From contig JBAYWG010000001.1 of the NCBI GenBank assembly GCA_041674225.1, positions 169,401 to 233,400 of the forward strand: a DNA stretch of 64,000 nt. Direction: 5' to 3'. The stretch is from Minisyncoccota bacterium (GTDB taxonomy: Bacteria > Patescibacteriota > Minisyncoccia > Phycocordibacterales > JAACPR01). Below are positions 8,295-18,112 of the stretch, piece by piece. Positions within the stretch are counted from its first letter, which is position 1, and every line of letters begins with the position of its first letter. The notes beneath the pieces are model-generated. The model ran no database searches. It saw only the letters and a program-made list of their open reading frames with translations, and had not been told where the DNA came from. Made by a program: the position numbers and the translations under genes.

Positions 8295-9796
8295 ATTTCT
8301 TTTAGTGGTTCTGCGTCTTGTATATTTTCTAATCTTTTATAAACCAACTCTGCAGAAATTAAACAAATAGGCATACCGATTCCTGGATTTGTACCGGCAC
8401 CCACATAATAAAGATTCTTAACCTTCTTGCTAACATTATTCGGTCGAAAAATTGCAGTCTGACTCAATGAGTGTGCAAAACCTAGTGCAGTACCTTTAAA
8501 TGCATTGTAGTCCTTGATGAAGTCTTTTACAGAATAAAGCTTTTTATACACAATTCTATTTTTGAAATCTGGAATATCCATATTTTCTGCCATTTGATTT
8601 ATTACAAACTCAGAATATTCTTCTAGTGATTCATCAGTGTGATCTAAACCAGAAGCAATTGGCACAAGTACAAACAAATTTTCTTTATCAGCTGGCGCTA
8701 CATTTGCATCAGTTTTTGATGGACAACAAACATACAGAGAAGGATCTGTTGGCCATGTAGGTTTTTTAAATATTTGTGAAAAGTTTTCTTCCCAATTTTC
8801 AGCAAACAAAAGATTGTGGTGTTGCAGAGACGGAATTTTTCCTTCTACTCCCATGTACATAATAAATGCAGATGGTGCAAGCAATCGTGATTCCCAATAT
8901 TTTTTACTTTTCTCCCGGTGTGGCTCATCCAAAAGATGCATATCTGTGTGAGCAGTATCTGCATTTGAAATCACAATATCAGCTCGAAATTCTTGTCCGT
9001 TTTCCAATCTCACTCCCACAGCAGTTTTATTTTCAACAATAATTTTATTTACAGGACTGTTTAACAAAATCTCAACTCCGTGTTTTTTGGCAATAGTTTC
9101 CAACGCTTCTATGATTTTATAAATACCTCCTTCTGGATACCAAATTCCCTCCACAAAATCTACATAATTCATCATGCTATAAATCCCCGGCGCATCTCCA
9201 GGAGAAGTTCCAAGCAAAACAGTTTGATATTGCATTACTTTTCTCAGAATTTCGCTTTTGAATTTTTTCTCGATGATAGACTTCACACTTGAGAAGAGCG
9301 GGAGTTTTCTTCCTTCTTTCATTACTCTTTTGTTGAAGAAGTCAAAAATAGTATCGTAGTTTTTAAACATGAATTCATTTTTTGCGATTTCATATTGATA
9401 CTTTGTACTATCCATATATTTTCTCAAAACATCACCAGAACCCGGCTCCAAACTTTCAAAAGTTTCGATTGTTTTTTCTAAATCAGAATAAAAATCATAA
9501 TGTTTCTTTTCGCTTTTTAGAAAAATCCGGTACGAAGGAGAAAGTCTTTTTAATTTTAAATATTGAGTAATATCTTCACCCATCAATTTAAAAAAGTGCT
9601 CAAAAATATCTGGCATCATGTACCAAGACGGCCCCATATCAAAAACAAAACCATCTTCGGAATAGATTCTGGCTCTACCGCCGACTTGATCATTTTTTTC
9701 AATCATCTTCACCTTGTATCCCTTTTTAGCCAACATACAAGCCGTAGAAAGGCCTCCGATACCTGTTCCTATTATGATTACTTCTTTTTGACTCAT
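8291..9796 (-). CDS. crtI: Phytoene desaturase / CrtI-family FAD-dependent carotenoid desaturase
   Basis: VIIIGTGIGGLSTACMLAKKGYKVKMIEKNDQVGGRA FAD-binding N-terminus and length ~500 aa typical of CrtI. 4-nt overlap with crtB. Confidence 0.85.
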   Translation of the reverse strand: MSQKEVIIIGTGIGGLSTACMLAKKGYKVKMIEKNDQVGGRARIYSEDGFVFDMGPSWYMMPDIFEHFFKLMGEDITQYLKLKRLSPSYRIFLKSEKKHYDFYSDLEKTIETFESLEPGSGDVLRKYMDSTKYQYEIAKNEFMFKNYDTIFDFFNKRVMKEGRKLPLFSSVKSIIEKKFKSEILRKVMQYQTVLLGTSPGDAPGIYSMMNYVDFVEGIWYPEGGIYKIIEALETIAKKHGVEILLNSPVNKIIVENKTAVGVRLENGQEFRADIVISNADTAHTDMHLLDEPHREKSKKYWESRLLAPSAFIMYMGVEGKIPSLQHHNLLFAENWEENFSQIFKKPTWPTDPSLYVCCPSKTDANVAPADKENLFVLVPIASGLDHTDESLEEYSEFVINQMAENMDIPDFKNRIVYKKLYSVKDFIKDYNAFKGTALGFAHSLSQTAIFRPNNVSKKVKNLYYVGAGTNPGIGMPICLISAELVYKRLENIQDAEPLKEI

Positions 9797-10701
9797 GATT
9801 TTTTAATTAATGTTAAAAACGCTAACTTAAGTTTTTCTCCAAAACTTAAATGAACTCTGCCAGCGAAAATGTCGTATTTTACAACCTCTATCTTAACAAT
9901 AATTTTTGAATATAAAACTCGTGCTACTTTTATCGCTTTCGCCTCTCTTTTAGGCAACATTTGCAATCCGATATCAGCTTTTTTATAAAGATCTTCAGTT
10001 CTAGCAATTTCAAATTTCATCAAATCAATAAAATTTTGATTTATATTTTTATTAACTAAATCATCTTTTGTCACCCCAAACTTTTGCATTTCATCTTGTG
10101 GAAGATAAACTCTATCTCTTTGTATTACATCTTCATAAATATCGCGCAAAAAATTTGTCATTTGAAATGCTTCGCCAAGCGCTTTTGCATGATCTAGAAT
10201 TTTATTTCTATAATCTAAATCTGTAACAAATCTTTTATCTTTTGAACAAACTATATAAACCATCATATAACCCACTACTACAGCCGAACCATACATATAG
10301 TCTTCCAATTCTTTATAATTTTGATACTCAGTTTTTGAAGTATCTTGAATCATAGCCGAAATAAAATCTTCACTATATTCAAAAGAAATTTTGTATGTGT
10401 CAAAAACATATTTTGTGGCACGTAAAACTTTTAATTCATCTCCTTCGGCAAAATATTCTTCACCGCGATAACACTTACCCCACACCTCCTTCCACTCATT
10501 TAATTTTTCTAAAGCTAAATCTTTTTGATCTTTATATGTAGTATCTATATATTCATCTGGTAAACGAAAAAATGCATACAAAACACAGATCGCATCACGA
10601 TACTCCGCACCCATTAACAAAGTTCCAAAATAAAAACTCTTCCCATATTCTCGATGAACTCCTCTGCAAAACTCTAAATCTAAATTATATTCTGGGTACA
10701 T
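9793..10701 (-). CDS. crtB: Phytoene synthase (squalene/phytoene synthase family)
   Basis: YGKSFYFGTLLMGAEYRDAICVLYAFFRLPDEYID and YMYGSAVVVGYMM (YxYxVAGxVG) motifs. Confidence 0.85.
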   Translation of the reverse strand: MYPEYNLDLEFCRGVHREYGKSFYFGTLLMGAEYRDAICVLYAFFRLPDEYIDTTYKDQKDLALEKLNEWKEVWGKCYRGEEYFAEGDELKVLRATKYVFDTYKISFEYSEDFISAMIQDTSKTEYQNYKELEDYMYGSAVVVGYMMVYIVCSKDKRFVTDLDYRNKILDHAKALGEAFQMTNFLRDIYEDVIQRDRVYLPQDEMQKFGVTKDDLVNKNINQNFIDLMKFEIARTEDLYKKADIGLQMLPKREAKAIKVARVLYSKIIVKIEVVKYDIFAGRVHLSFGEKLKLAFLTLIKKS

Positions 10702-11804
10702 TAAGATTTTCTCTTATCAAGCAATATCACAAAATCAAACCACACGTCTTTGATCATTGGTTTAAGATTTGATTTCAAAATTATTTTGTTGGCTTTATCT
10801 AATTGAGAATGAATTTCCTTTTCAGCATAATCAATTGCGCCTGTTTCTTGAAAAAGTTTTTGCAATACAAGTACTGAATATTCATCAATTTCTTTTCCAA
10901 AAAGTGCTAAGAATATATTTCTATCATTTTCTTTGGCGTTTTCAAAAATATATTGCGTCAAAATTGTGTGTTGACCGTCTTGCACATCCAGCAACCTTTT
11001 CTTTCCTGTTTTTTTAGGATCTCCCACAATATCCAAAAGGTCGTCTTGTATTTGAAAAGCCTGACCCAAGCACAACCCCAATTCCTTATAAAAATCTTTG
11101 TTAATATTTTTTCCAGTCAAATTTGCACCGATCAACATTGGATTAACAAAAGAATAAAAGGCTGTTTTGTATTCATTTTTAAGAAAAATATCTTTCATCT
11201 CTACTTCGTACTGAAGCATAAAAGATACATCTAGTATTTGTCCTGCGACCACTTCCTCAATCATTCTAAAAAATATTTGCTGTACTTTTTTATTATTCAA
11301 ACTAGAAATAACTTCATGCGACCAACTAAAAATTAAATCTCCCGCCAAAATAGCAATGGATTCTGCAATGTGTTTTTTATCGCCTCGAGGATACGATGAA
11401 ATAAATTTTTCTAAATAAACATGCGTCGTGTCTTTGGAATGTCTTTCTACACCTTTATCAATAATATCATCATGAATCAAAGCAAACGCATGAAATAATT
11501 CTAAAGCAATTCCAGCTCGCAAAACTTCTTCTTGGTTCACACCACCTTCTGTAGAGTACGCCAAAAAAGCCATATATGGACGAACTCTTTTTCCACCTTC
11601 ACGTACCAAAGACACAGCATAGTCCACTGCTTCCAAACTTAATTTATTATCAGAAAAGTTTTTATAGTTTAAAACTTTGTCATCCAAATACTCATTTAAA
11701 CGAATATTAAAAATATCTTGAAAAGATTTCAGATCATACGCTTTTACAACAGGAATAAAGTTGATTTTTTCTAAGTGAAGGAAAGAAAGAATGTTTTTAA
11801 TCAT
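10701..11804 (-). CDS. Polyprenyl diphosphate synthase (GGPP/FPP synthase-type trans-prenyltransferase)
   Basis: First DDxxD (LIHDDIIDKG) and second DDxxD (FQIQDDLLDIVGDPKKTGKK) aspartate-rich motifs. Confidence 0.85.
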   Translation of the reverse strand: MIKNILSFLHLEKINFIPVVKAYDLKSFQDIFNIRLNEYLDDKVLNYKNFSDNKLSLEAVDYAVSLVREGGKRVRPYMAFLAYSTEGGVNQEEVLRAGIALELFHAFALIHDDIIDKGVERHSKDTTHVYLEKFISSYPRGDKKHIAESIAILAGDLIFSWSHEVISSLNNKKVQQIFFRMIEEVVAGQILDVSFMLQYEVEMKDIFLKNEYKTAFYSFVNPMLIGANLTGKNINKDFYKELGLCLGQAFQIQDDLLDIVGDPKKTGKKRLLDVQDGQHTILTQYIFENAKENDRNIFLALFGKEIDEYSVLVLQKLFQETGAIDYAEKEIHSQLDKANKIILKSNLKPMIKDVWFDFVILLDKRKS

Positions 11805-11824
11805 GGTAGTGATTATAGCATTTT

Positions 11825-12460
11825 TTATTTATTCCCCGCTAAAGCAACTTTAATTCCAAGCGCGATAAGCACAGCGCCAGTAACTCTTTCTACGTAGTGT
11901 TGTACTTTTCCAATTTTGGTTCGTATAAGTGAGTTTGAGAAAAAGAGAGCAACTAAAACAAACCAAACAAAGGTAATCAGCATCATTTCTATTCCATAAG
12001 CGAACTGAATTATTTTAGGAGTTGAGAGATCAATTATTTGAGTGAACAATGCTAAAAAGAAAAGTGTAGCTTTTGGATTGAGTGCGTTTGTAAGAAATCC
12101 AATTTTAAATGATGACCAAAGACTTATATCTTGCTTTGCGACATTATCTTTTGTTTCAGTGTGCACCGCAGGCTTTGCTCTCAGAGATTTGTACCCGATG
12201 TAAATCAAATATCCCGCACCGATAAATTTAACAATATTAAAAATGATAACTGATTTAGAAATAACAAATCCAATTCCCAAAAGTGAATACGCCACATGCA
12301 CCAAAATTCCCACAGCAATTCCAATCGCTGTGTAAATTCCAGTCTTTCGAGAATAAATAATACTGTTACGAGCAACCATCGCAAAATCTGGACCTGGACT
12401 TACAACAGCCAAAAGATGCACTATTGCTACGGTTATAAACTGCGCAAGAAATATTGTCAT
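11825..12460 (-). CDS. LysE/RhtB-family amino-acid exporter
   Basis: AVVSPGPDFAMVARNS N-terminal signature. ~210 aa, 6 TM. Confidence 0.8.
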   Translation of the reverse strand: MTIFLAQFITVAIVHLLAVVSPGPDFAMVARNSIIYSRKTGIYTAIGIAVGILVHVAYSLLGIGFVISKSVIIFNIVKFIGAGYLIYIGYKSLRAKPAVHTETKDNVAKQDISLWSSFKIGFLTNALNPKATLFFLALFTQIIDLSTPKIIQFAYGIEMMLITFVWFVLVALFFSNSLIRTKIGKVQHYVERVTGAVLIALGIKVALAGNK

Positions 12461-12481
12461 TTTTTGATTATAACAGAAATT

Positions 12482-14371
12482 TTACTCCTCCAAACCAAAA
12501 TATCTTGGAAACAATACCGGTGTACTATCCGCCGTTATACCATCTCTTGTAATAGGAAGTTGTTGAGAAGTCGCGGGCCATGGCAGGGGAAGTTTTCCAA
12601 CAAAAGGTTTATCTCCAAAAAGCACATCCGCCACACCTTGCCCTTCACTACCAGGAAGCCACGCCGCCACAAGCGCATCCCAAGAAGAAATTTCGTTCGC
12701 AATAAGCAAAGGTCGTCCTGAAATTATTACTACCAAAACTTTTTCAGAAACTGCTTGAAGTTTTTTGATCGCCATCAAATCTTCAGAATATAAAATTGGA
12801 TATTCTCTATCGCCCACTCCTTCTGCATAAGGTTGCTCACCTACAAATGCAATTCCTAAATCAGCTTTCGTACCATCATCCACAAAATTACCTAGTGTTC
12901 GATAATCCACTCTGGTATTTTCGCTTACAGCATTTTTTATTCCATCTATTATAGAAGTCGCTCCTGGCAAATCATTTCCATTTATTCCTTGCCAATTTAC
13001 AGTCCAGGCTCCTGATTGATTTCCAATATTATTTGCAGCACTTCCAACAATACGAATATGTTTTATATTTTTATCAATTGGTAAAACTGAATTATCATTT
13101 TTTAACAGAACCAAAGATTGCGACACGGCATCTCTTGCAAGCGCACGATGTTCTACTGAACCAACAACTTCAGTTGAAATTTTATTTTCATTTTTATCAA
13201 AAAGACCTAGCTCAAATTTTGCATATAAAATTCTCCGCACAGCATCATCTATTCTGTCTTCGGAAACTTCTCCAACACGCACAGCTTTGGAAACATTTTT
13301 AACAAAAGGTTTGTAATCAAAAGGCAACATCACCATATCTACTCCAGCATTAATAGCCGTAATCACAGATCTATAATCACTCCCAGGAATTTCATAAACA
13401 CCATACCAATCAGAAACAACAAAACCTTTAAATCCAAGTTCTTTTTTTAGGACATCAGTAATCAAATATTCACTCGCAGACAATTTAGTTTCACCCCAAG
13501 TATTCAATCCAATCATTACACTTTTCACACCAGCATCTACAACGGCTCTAAATGGAACTAGATATTCTTCTCTAAGTAATTCTTCGTCAGCCAAAGTAGC
13601 ACCTTGATCTATTTTGTAATTTTCATTTGAAGAAGTGTCCCAAAGCATTCCACCAAGTCCAACAAAATGTTTTGCTGTACCTATCACAGAATTTCCCTGT
13701 AATCCTTTTATATATGCAACACCTAAATCAGATACGAGAGCAGGATCATCAGAAAAAGTTTCGTAAACTCTTCCCCAACGAATGTCGCGAGGCATATCAA
13801 GTGTTGGTGAAAAACTCCAATGCACATTTGTTGCTAAAAGTTCTTTTGCAGTAGCAGATGCAATATCTTCGACAAGCTTTGGATCCCTAGTCGCGCCAAG
13901 TCCAATAGAGTGCGGAAAAACTGTAGCTCCAGGAATATTTGAATGCCCATGAATGGCATCAACTCCATAAATTATCGGAATACCGAGACGACTATTTTTG
14001 GATTCATTTATAAAATCTGAAACCATTTTGTTCCAACCTTCAGGGGTATTATTTTCTGGATTCGCTCCAGCGCCACTTAGAAGTGCACCGAGTCCGTACA
14101 AAGAAACATCTTTCATTTCTTCAACACTTTTATTTTCAACAAGAGCCATCTGTCCAATTTTTTCTTCAAGTGTCATATAAGACAAAAGATCTTCAACACG
14201 TTCTTCTACAGAATTATTTGGATTTAAATACAAAGATTCTTTTGTTGGATTTCGTACAATCTTTGTTTCTTCATTCCGAAATAAAAATGATAAAAAATAA
14301 AAAATTCCCACCAAAATAATTAAAAATAAAAATAAGTACACAAGTTTAGCGTTCACTTTAAAATCATCCAT
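12482..14371 (-). CDS. Glycoside hydrolase family 3 (beta-glucosidase / beta-N-acetylhexosaminidase-like), N-terminally membrane-anchored
   Basis: GVDAIHGHSNIPGATVFPHSIGLGATRDPKL...FSPTLDMPRDIRWGRVYETFSDDP and KHFVGLGG are GH3 catalytic-domain signatures. N-terminal hydrophobic anchor. Confidence 0.85.
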   Translation of the reverse strand: MDDFKVNAKLVYLFLFLIILVGIFYFLSFLFRNEETKIVRNPTKESLYLNPNNSVEERVEDLLSYMTLEEKIGQMALVENKSVEEMKDVSLYGLGALLSGAGANPENNTPEGWNKMVSDFINESKNSRLGIPIIYGVDAIHGHSNIPGATVFPHSIGLGATRDPKLVEDIASATAKELLATNVHWSFSPTLDMPRDIRWGRVYETFSDDPALVSDLGVAYIKGLQGNSVIGTAKHFVGLGGMLWDTSSNENYKIDQGATLADEELLREEYLVPFRAVVDAGVKSVMIGLNTWGETKLSASEYLITDVLKKELGFKGFVVSDWYGVYEIPGSDYRSVITAINAGVDMVMLPFDYKPFVKNVSKAVRVGEVSEDRIDDAVRRILYAKFELGLFDKNENKISTEVVGSVEHRALARDAVSQSLVLLKNDNSVLPIDKNIKHIRIVGSAANNIGNQSGAWTVNWQGINGNDLPGATSIIDGIKNAVSENTRVDYRTLGNFVDDGTKADLGIAFVGEQPYAEGVGDREYPILYSEDLMAIKKLQAVSEKVLVVIISGRPLLIANEISSWDALVAAWLPGSEGQGVADVLFGDKPFVGKLPLPWPATSQQLPITRDGITADSTPVLFPRYFGLEE

Positions 14372-14601
14372 AACATCTATTATACCTTGTGAATCAATTA
14401 ATGACTGCCGAACTTCAACGATTTAATTATCGATGAATACAAGAAAGATAAAAATATCATCGTGGGATGAGTAAGTTGAAGGTGTTGTATAGGAAGTAAA
14501 GAAATCTTAATCTATTTACAAAAAATTATAGTGTTGTATAATATAAAAAGACATGCCCCAACTAAATTCAAACAAATCAGGCATGAAAACCTAGTACACT
14601 G

Positions 14602-15114
14602 ATGAAAAATATAGTTATCATTCTGTTAACTCTCACCATATTGATTCCAACTTTAACATTGGCCGATCGCGACCCAGTTGCGAGAGAAAAAATTGAAGAA
14701 ATCGAGAGAGTAATTCGAATCAATGGCTCTGAGAAATTTCTGAACGTCAACAATAACAAATCACTCGCAATCCAATTCTACGAGAACACCGAGCTCATGC
14801 TAATTGATCTCGATAAAGACGGCATCGCGGAATTTGTGAGGTTTAGGAATGAACGGGATATGTCTTCAAGAGACTTCTCTCGTAGAATCTGCACCTGGTT
14901 TATAACGGCCTGCACACCAACAGGTAATCCTGTCGGTGAGTGGGAAATCCGATACGACAACCAAGAACAAGGGCAGATTATTGCACTACTCTTCTTTTGC
15001 GAAAATGCCGAGTCTGCAGGTGTGAAGTCACTCCTATCGCCGATGCTTGTAACGAGTACCGGTATAATCAAAAAGGAACCTCTGGCTTTTCAGCTGAGTA
15101 AAGTCGATTGGTAA
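14602..15114 (+). CDS. Secreted hypothetical protein (signal peptide)
   Basis: MKNIVIILLTLTILIPTLTLADRDP signal-like N-terminus. Extended -10 (TGTTGTATAAT) upstream at ~14536-14548. First gene of the higher-GC segment. Confidence 0.5.
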   Translation: MKNIVIILLTLTILIPTLTLADRDPVAREKIEEIERVIRINGSEKFLNVNNNKSLAIQFYENTELMLIDLDKDGIAEFVRFRNERDMSSRDFSRRICTWFITACTPTGNPVGEWEIRYDNQEQGQIIALLFFCENAESAGVKSLLSPMLVTSTGIIKKEPLAFQLSKVDW

Positions 15115-15220
15115 GTCTCAAACAAAAGTTAGTACGGACCTGTCAGGAAGTAAAATTTCTGACAGGTTTTTTGTTTTCATAAAACCAACCAAAGCAAGCT
15201 AAATTTGATATTATTGATTC

Positions 15221-16078
15221 ATGAAAATCGCCATCATCACAGGAGGAGAAACAGGTGAACGAGAGGTCTCAATTAGATCAGCGAACAATGTTCGCAAAAT
15301 TGTAGATTTTGCAGAAACAACTATTTTCACATTTCCTGAAGACACAAAAAATTTTATTGAATCAGCGAAAGAATTTGATTTAGCAATACCAGTCATTCAC
15401 GGTATCGGAGGTGAAGACGGGAGTGTTCAAGGCTTATTCAAAAATTTACATATTCCTTTTATTTTTTCCGACATAAGCACGCATGCAATTGCGATAGATA
15501 AAAAATTTACAAAGGAAATTGCAGCATCACTTGGTATTACCTCTCCGAAAGAAACAAATGACTTCCCTCTCTTTGCAAAACCACGACACGGAGGTTCTTC
15601 TGTCTCTTCAAAATTTTGTGAATCTCAAAAAGATTTAGATGAACTTTTAAATACAAGTCCGGAAACAGATTTTCTTAAAGAAGAACCTATACGAGGAAGA
15701 GAATTTACAGTGGGTATCATCGATAATGGAGATGAGACAATTCCCTTGCCTGTTGTTGAAATAATAACCAACGGAGAATTTTTTGATTTTGAAAATAAAT
15801 ATAATCCCGAAAAACTAGCAACGGAAGTTTGTCCTGCAGAAATTGATATTTCACTTTCACAAGAATTACAAAGACAAGCGTTGTTAATTCACACTCATTT
15901 AAATACAAAATATTTATCTCGCTCTGACTTCATCGTAACTCCAGATAACAAAATATACTTTCTAGAAATAAATACTATTCCAGGAATGACCAACACCTCA
16001 CTGATTCCTAAAATGACGTCTGCCGCAAATCTTGATTTAAAAGAGATTTTTAAGTCTTGGTGTAGCAAACTGATCTAA
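15221..16078 (+). CDS. ddl: D-alanine--D-alanine ligase (short, 285 aa)
   Basis: MKIAIITGGETGEREVSIRSANNV N-domain and ATP-grasp C-terminus EINTIPGMTNTSLIPKMTSAANL. Confidence 0.8.
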   Translation: MKIAIITGGETGEREVSIRSANNVRKIVDFAETTIFTFPEDTKNFIESAKEFDLAIPVIHGIGGEDGSVQGLFKNLHIPFIFSDISTHAIAIDKKFTKEIAASLGITSPKETNDFPLFAKPRHGGSSVSSKFCESQKDLDELLNTSPETDFLKEEPIRGREFTVGIIDNGDETIPLPVVEIITNGEFFDFENKYNPEKLATEVCPAEIDISLSQELQRQALLIHTHLNTKYLSRSDFIVTPDNKIYFLEINTIPGMTNTSLIPKMTSAANLDLKEIFKSWCSKLI

Positions 16079-16080
16079 AC

Positions 16081-16120
16081 TAATAAAAGAAAAAGCCGGT
16101 TCGAGATGAGTCGAACCGGC
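16081..16120 (-). terminator. Rho-independent terminator for the minus-strand Ubl/E1/JAB unit (10-bp perfect stem gccggttcga/tcgaaccggc followed by a T-run on the minus strand)
   Basis: Read directly from the sequence. The T-tract is present only in the minus orientation. Confidence 0.65.
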
Positions 16121-16151
16121 TAAGTAAGTTAAGCCTGTTTGTTGGTAAGGC

Positions 16152-16520
16152 TTAGTTACCGCGAATCTTTGAAAAGATCAACACCTGTGCTCCTTCTTCG
16201 AGCACCTCCTCAAAATTGGAGATTGTCTGTCCGTTCAAACGAACCTCTCCTTCAATTTTGTCTCGATAACCGGCAATTACCAGCGCCTGTCTGATTGTGG
16301 TTCCAGAGTCCACCTCGAAAGGTTTGATCTGTCCACCGGGGAAAGCACCGACTTTCACGTTGATTTTCTCAACTTGTGCCGGAGTCTCCTTTTTGGAAGT
16401 TGCTTTCTTTGCAGCGGGTTTCTTGGTGGTTGCTTTCTTTGTGGTTCCTTTTTTCATGGTTCTTTTCTTTTGGTTTGTTTGTTGTTTACAGATTTTTTTA
16501 ACTGAACGACGAACCCACAA
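16152..16520 (-). CDS. Ubiquitin-like beta-grasp (ThiS/MoaD-like) protein with a Lys/Thr/Ala-rich histone-H1-like N-terminal tail. The C-terminus ...IFSKIRGN is not Gly-Gly
   Basis: The C-terminal ~75 aa (INVKVGAFPGG...EVRLNGQTISNFEEVLEEGAQVLIFSKIRGN) follow the ThiS/MoaD pattern. The N-terminal tail is MKKGTTKKATTKKPAAKKATSKKETPAQ. The gene overlaps the 3' end of the E1 gene by 23 nt; an alternative start is at 16457 (MKKGTTKK). Confidence 0.6.
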   Translation of the reverse strand: MWVRRSVKKICKQQTNQKKRTMKKGTTKKATTKKPAAKKATSKKETPAQVEKINVKVGAFPGGQIKPFEVDSGTTIRQALVIAGYRDKIEGEVRLNGQTISNFEEVLEEGAQVLIFSKIRGN

Positions 16521-17205
16521 TCATCATGGGTTGAAGTGAGAATATCAATTCATGCTCGAACTCATCGGTCGGTTCTTTACCTTCCTTAAGTTTCTGCATT
16601 TTCTGATACCATCGGATGAATTGCCACACAGCAAATCCCGAGACCATTTCTGCCGTCGGACCTACTGTGATAGTTGCTCCGCAAGCGGAGACTTCAGCAA
16701 CGTCATCACCATACAGAGTTTTTTCCCATCCCGAAACTTCTACGGGACTTGATGGATTCACTGTATAGATACGACCACTATTGGAACCCATACGAGTCTC
16801 AATAATAACCTCAACGTGAGGTCTGTAACGAAGTGATCCTTTCCAGATTTCTTGTCGTGAAGACATTGTATCTGTCAGCAGGAAAACAATCTGACCGAGA
16901 CGTTGTGTTCCATCAACTCGTTCATTGTGCACCGAAACTTCGGTACCTGTCTGCACGAGAATAATATCTTTCAACGCCTCAACCTTGAGTTGTCCATTGT
17001 GATTGTTACCGAATATTTGGTTTGGGACGTTGTGGGGTTCCACTACATCCGGATCCCAAATGTGAATGTTACGGATACCGAGCTTCGCCAACGAAAGGGC
17101 GATTCTAGATCCTGTAGCACCCACACCTATGATATCGATACGTCTATCACCAAATTCTTGCGGTGAAAACACATCAAGGTGTCTTATTACGTCTAGTTCT
17201 GGCAT
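16498..17205 (-). CDS. Minimal E1-like ubiquitin-activating/ThiF-MoeB family adenylyltransferase (235 aa, no rhodanese or zinc-ribbon domain)
   Basis: IDIIGVGATGSRIALSLAKLGIRNIHIWDPDVVEPHNVPNQIFG combines the GxGxxG P-loop and the DxDxVExxN...Q motif of the ThiF/MoeB/E1 superfamily. Confidence 0.8.
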   Translation of the reverse strand: MPELDVIRHLDVFSPQEFGDRRIDIIGVGATGSRIALSLAKLGIRNIHIWDPDVVEPHNVPNQIFGNNHNGQLKVEALKDIILVQTGTEVSVHNERVDGTQRLGQIVFLLTDTMSSRQEIWKGSLRYRPHVEVIIETRMGSNSGRIYTVNPSSPVEVSGWEKTLYGDDVAEVSACGATITVGPTAEMVSGFAVWQFIRWYQKMQKLKEGKEPTDEFEHELIFSLQPMMIVGSSFS

Positions 17206-17237
17206 TCTCTCTCCTTCTAGTTTTTATTGGTTATATC

Positions 17238-18023
17238 TTAACGAAACCTTTTCCGGAAAAACCGGGGTTTATATTTTCCTCCAAAACCCTTGAAAAAGGG
17301 TGGTGAATACGGAGCGAACCGCAAAGCAGTAACTTTCCGTTTCATTTCCTCCCGAAGATCATTACGAATTTCATCCAGTTTGTCCCAGTCATCTATGTCT
17401 TCTTCTGTCCATTTCCATGGAACAGAATGAAAAGCGAAACCCTTCTCCCAGTCATAAATTCCGAAATTGATATCTCCTTGACGATTTAAGATACCGCGCA
17501 AGAAAAAATCAGTACCGAAACTTTGAAAGATTTTCATCTGATCATTATCTTGACCAGATGGGTAAGTTCCACCATTTCCATGTGAATGTCCCCAGAAGCG
17601 TATGTTGTTGAAGATTTCGTCACCACCTTCTTTCGAAAGGATTTCCATGACAAATTCTTGAAGAGCTTCTGGAAGAATTTCAGTATGGCCACCGCTCACA
17701 GTCTGAGGAAAGAGGAACACGTCATCGATGATGAAGTCTTCTCCTAGTCGCCGAGCAGTTCCAAGCCACCCCACTTCAATATTGATTGCACCTACAATAA
17801 CGTACATCTTGAAGAGGGCCAATGGACTGACAAATACAGTCGGAATATGGTGTTTCAACGTCAGAACTTCCAGAGTTGTATGGAAAACATCCGACGGAGC
17901 AAAAAATTGTCCGTCTGTCTCTGCGAATTCCCATTGGTAAGGCTGCGGAGGGGTTGGAGTATATGGGCGAGGAGCACCAACAATTTTTGCTGGCAGAGGG
18001 AGTTTAGTATTGTTTTTTTTCAT
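17238..18023 (-). CDS. JAB/JAMM (MPN+) metalloprotease-domain protein with a ~120-aa N-terminal extension
   Basis: Exact JAMM signature WGHSHGNGGTYPSGQD (HxHx7Sx2D) with an upstream acidic residue. 32 nt upstream of the E1 gene. Confidence 0.8.
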   Translation of the reverse strand: MKKNNTKLPLPAKIVGAPRPYTPTPPQPYQWEFAETDGQFFAPSDVFHTTLEVLTLKHHIPTVFVSPLALFKMYVIVGAINIEVGWLGTARRLGEDFIIDDVFLFPQTVSGGHTEILPEALQEFVMEILSKEGGDEIFNNIRFWGHSHGNGGTYPSGQDNDQMKIFQSFGTDFFLRGILNRQGDINFGIYDWEKGFAFHSVPWKWTEEDIDDWDKLDEIRNDLREEMKRKVTALRFAPYSPPFFKGFGGKYKPRFFRKRFR

Positions 18024-18112
18024 TTAGATTCGATTGTGAAGGTTCTTTTTATACTACTTCTGTAATTCTTTTATTATATTTTAAGGGTTTTGTCAATACC
18101 CCACCCCTTTTT

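Noticed and set aside
16458-16520. Whether the Ubl N-terminal 21 codons (MWVRRSVKKICKQQTNQKKRT) are real
   Set aside because: Not rejected outright, but they overlap the E1 gene and are less Lys-repeat-like. The start at 16457 (MKKGTTKK) is an equally plausible alternative, and neither has a clear Shine-Dalgarno.
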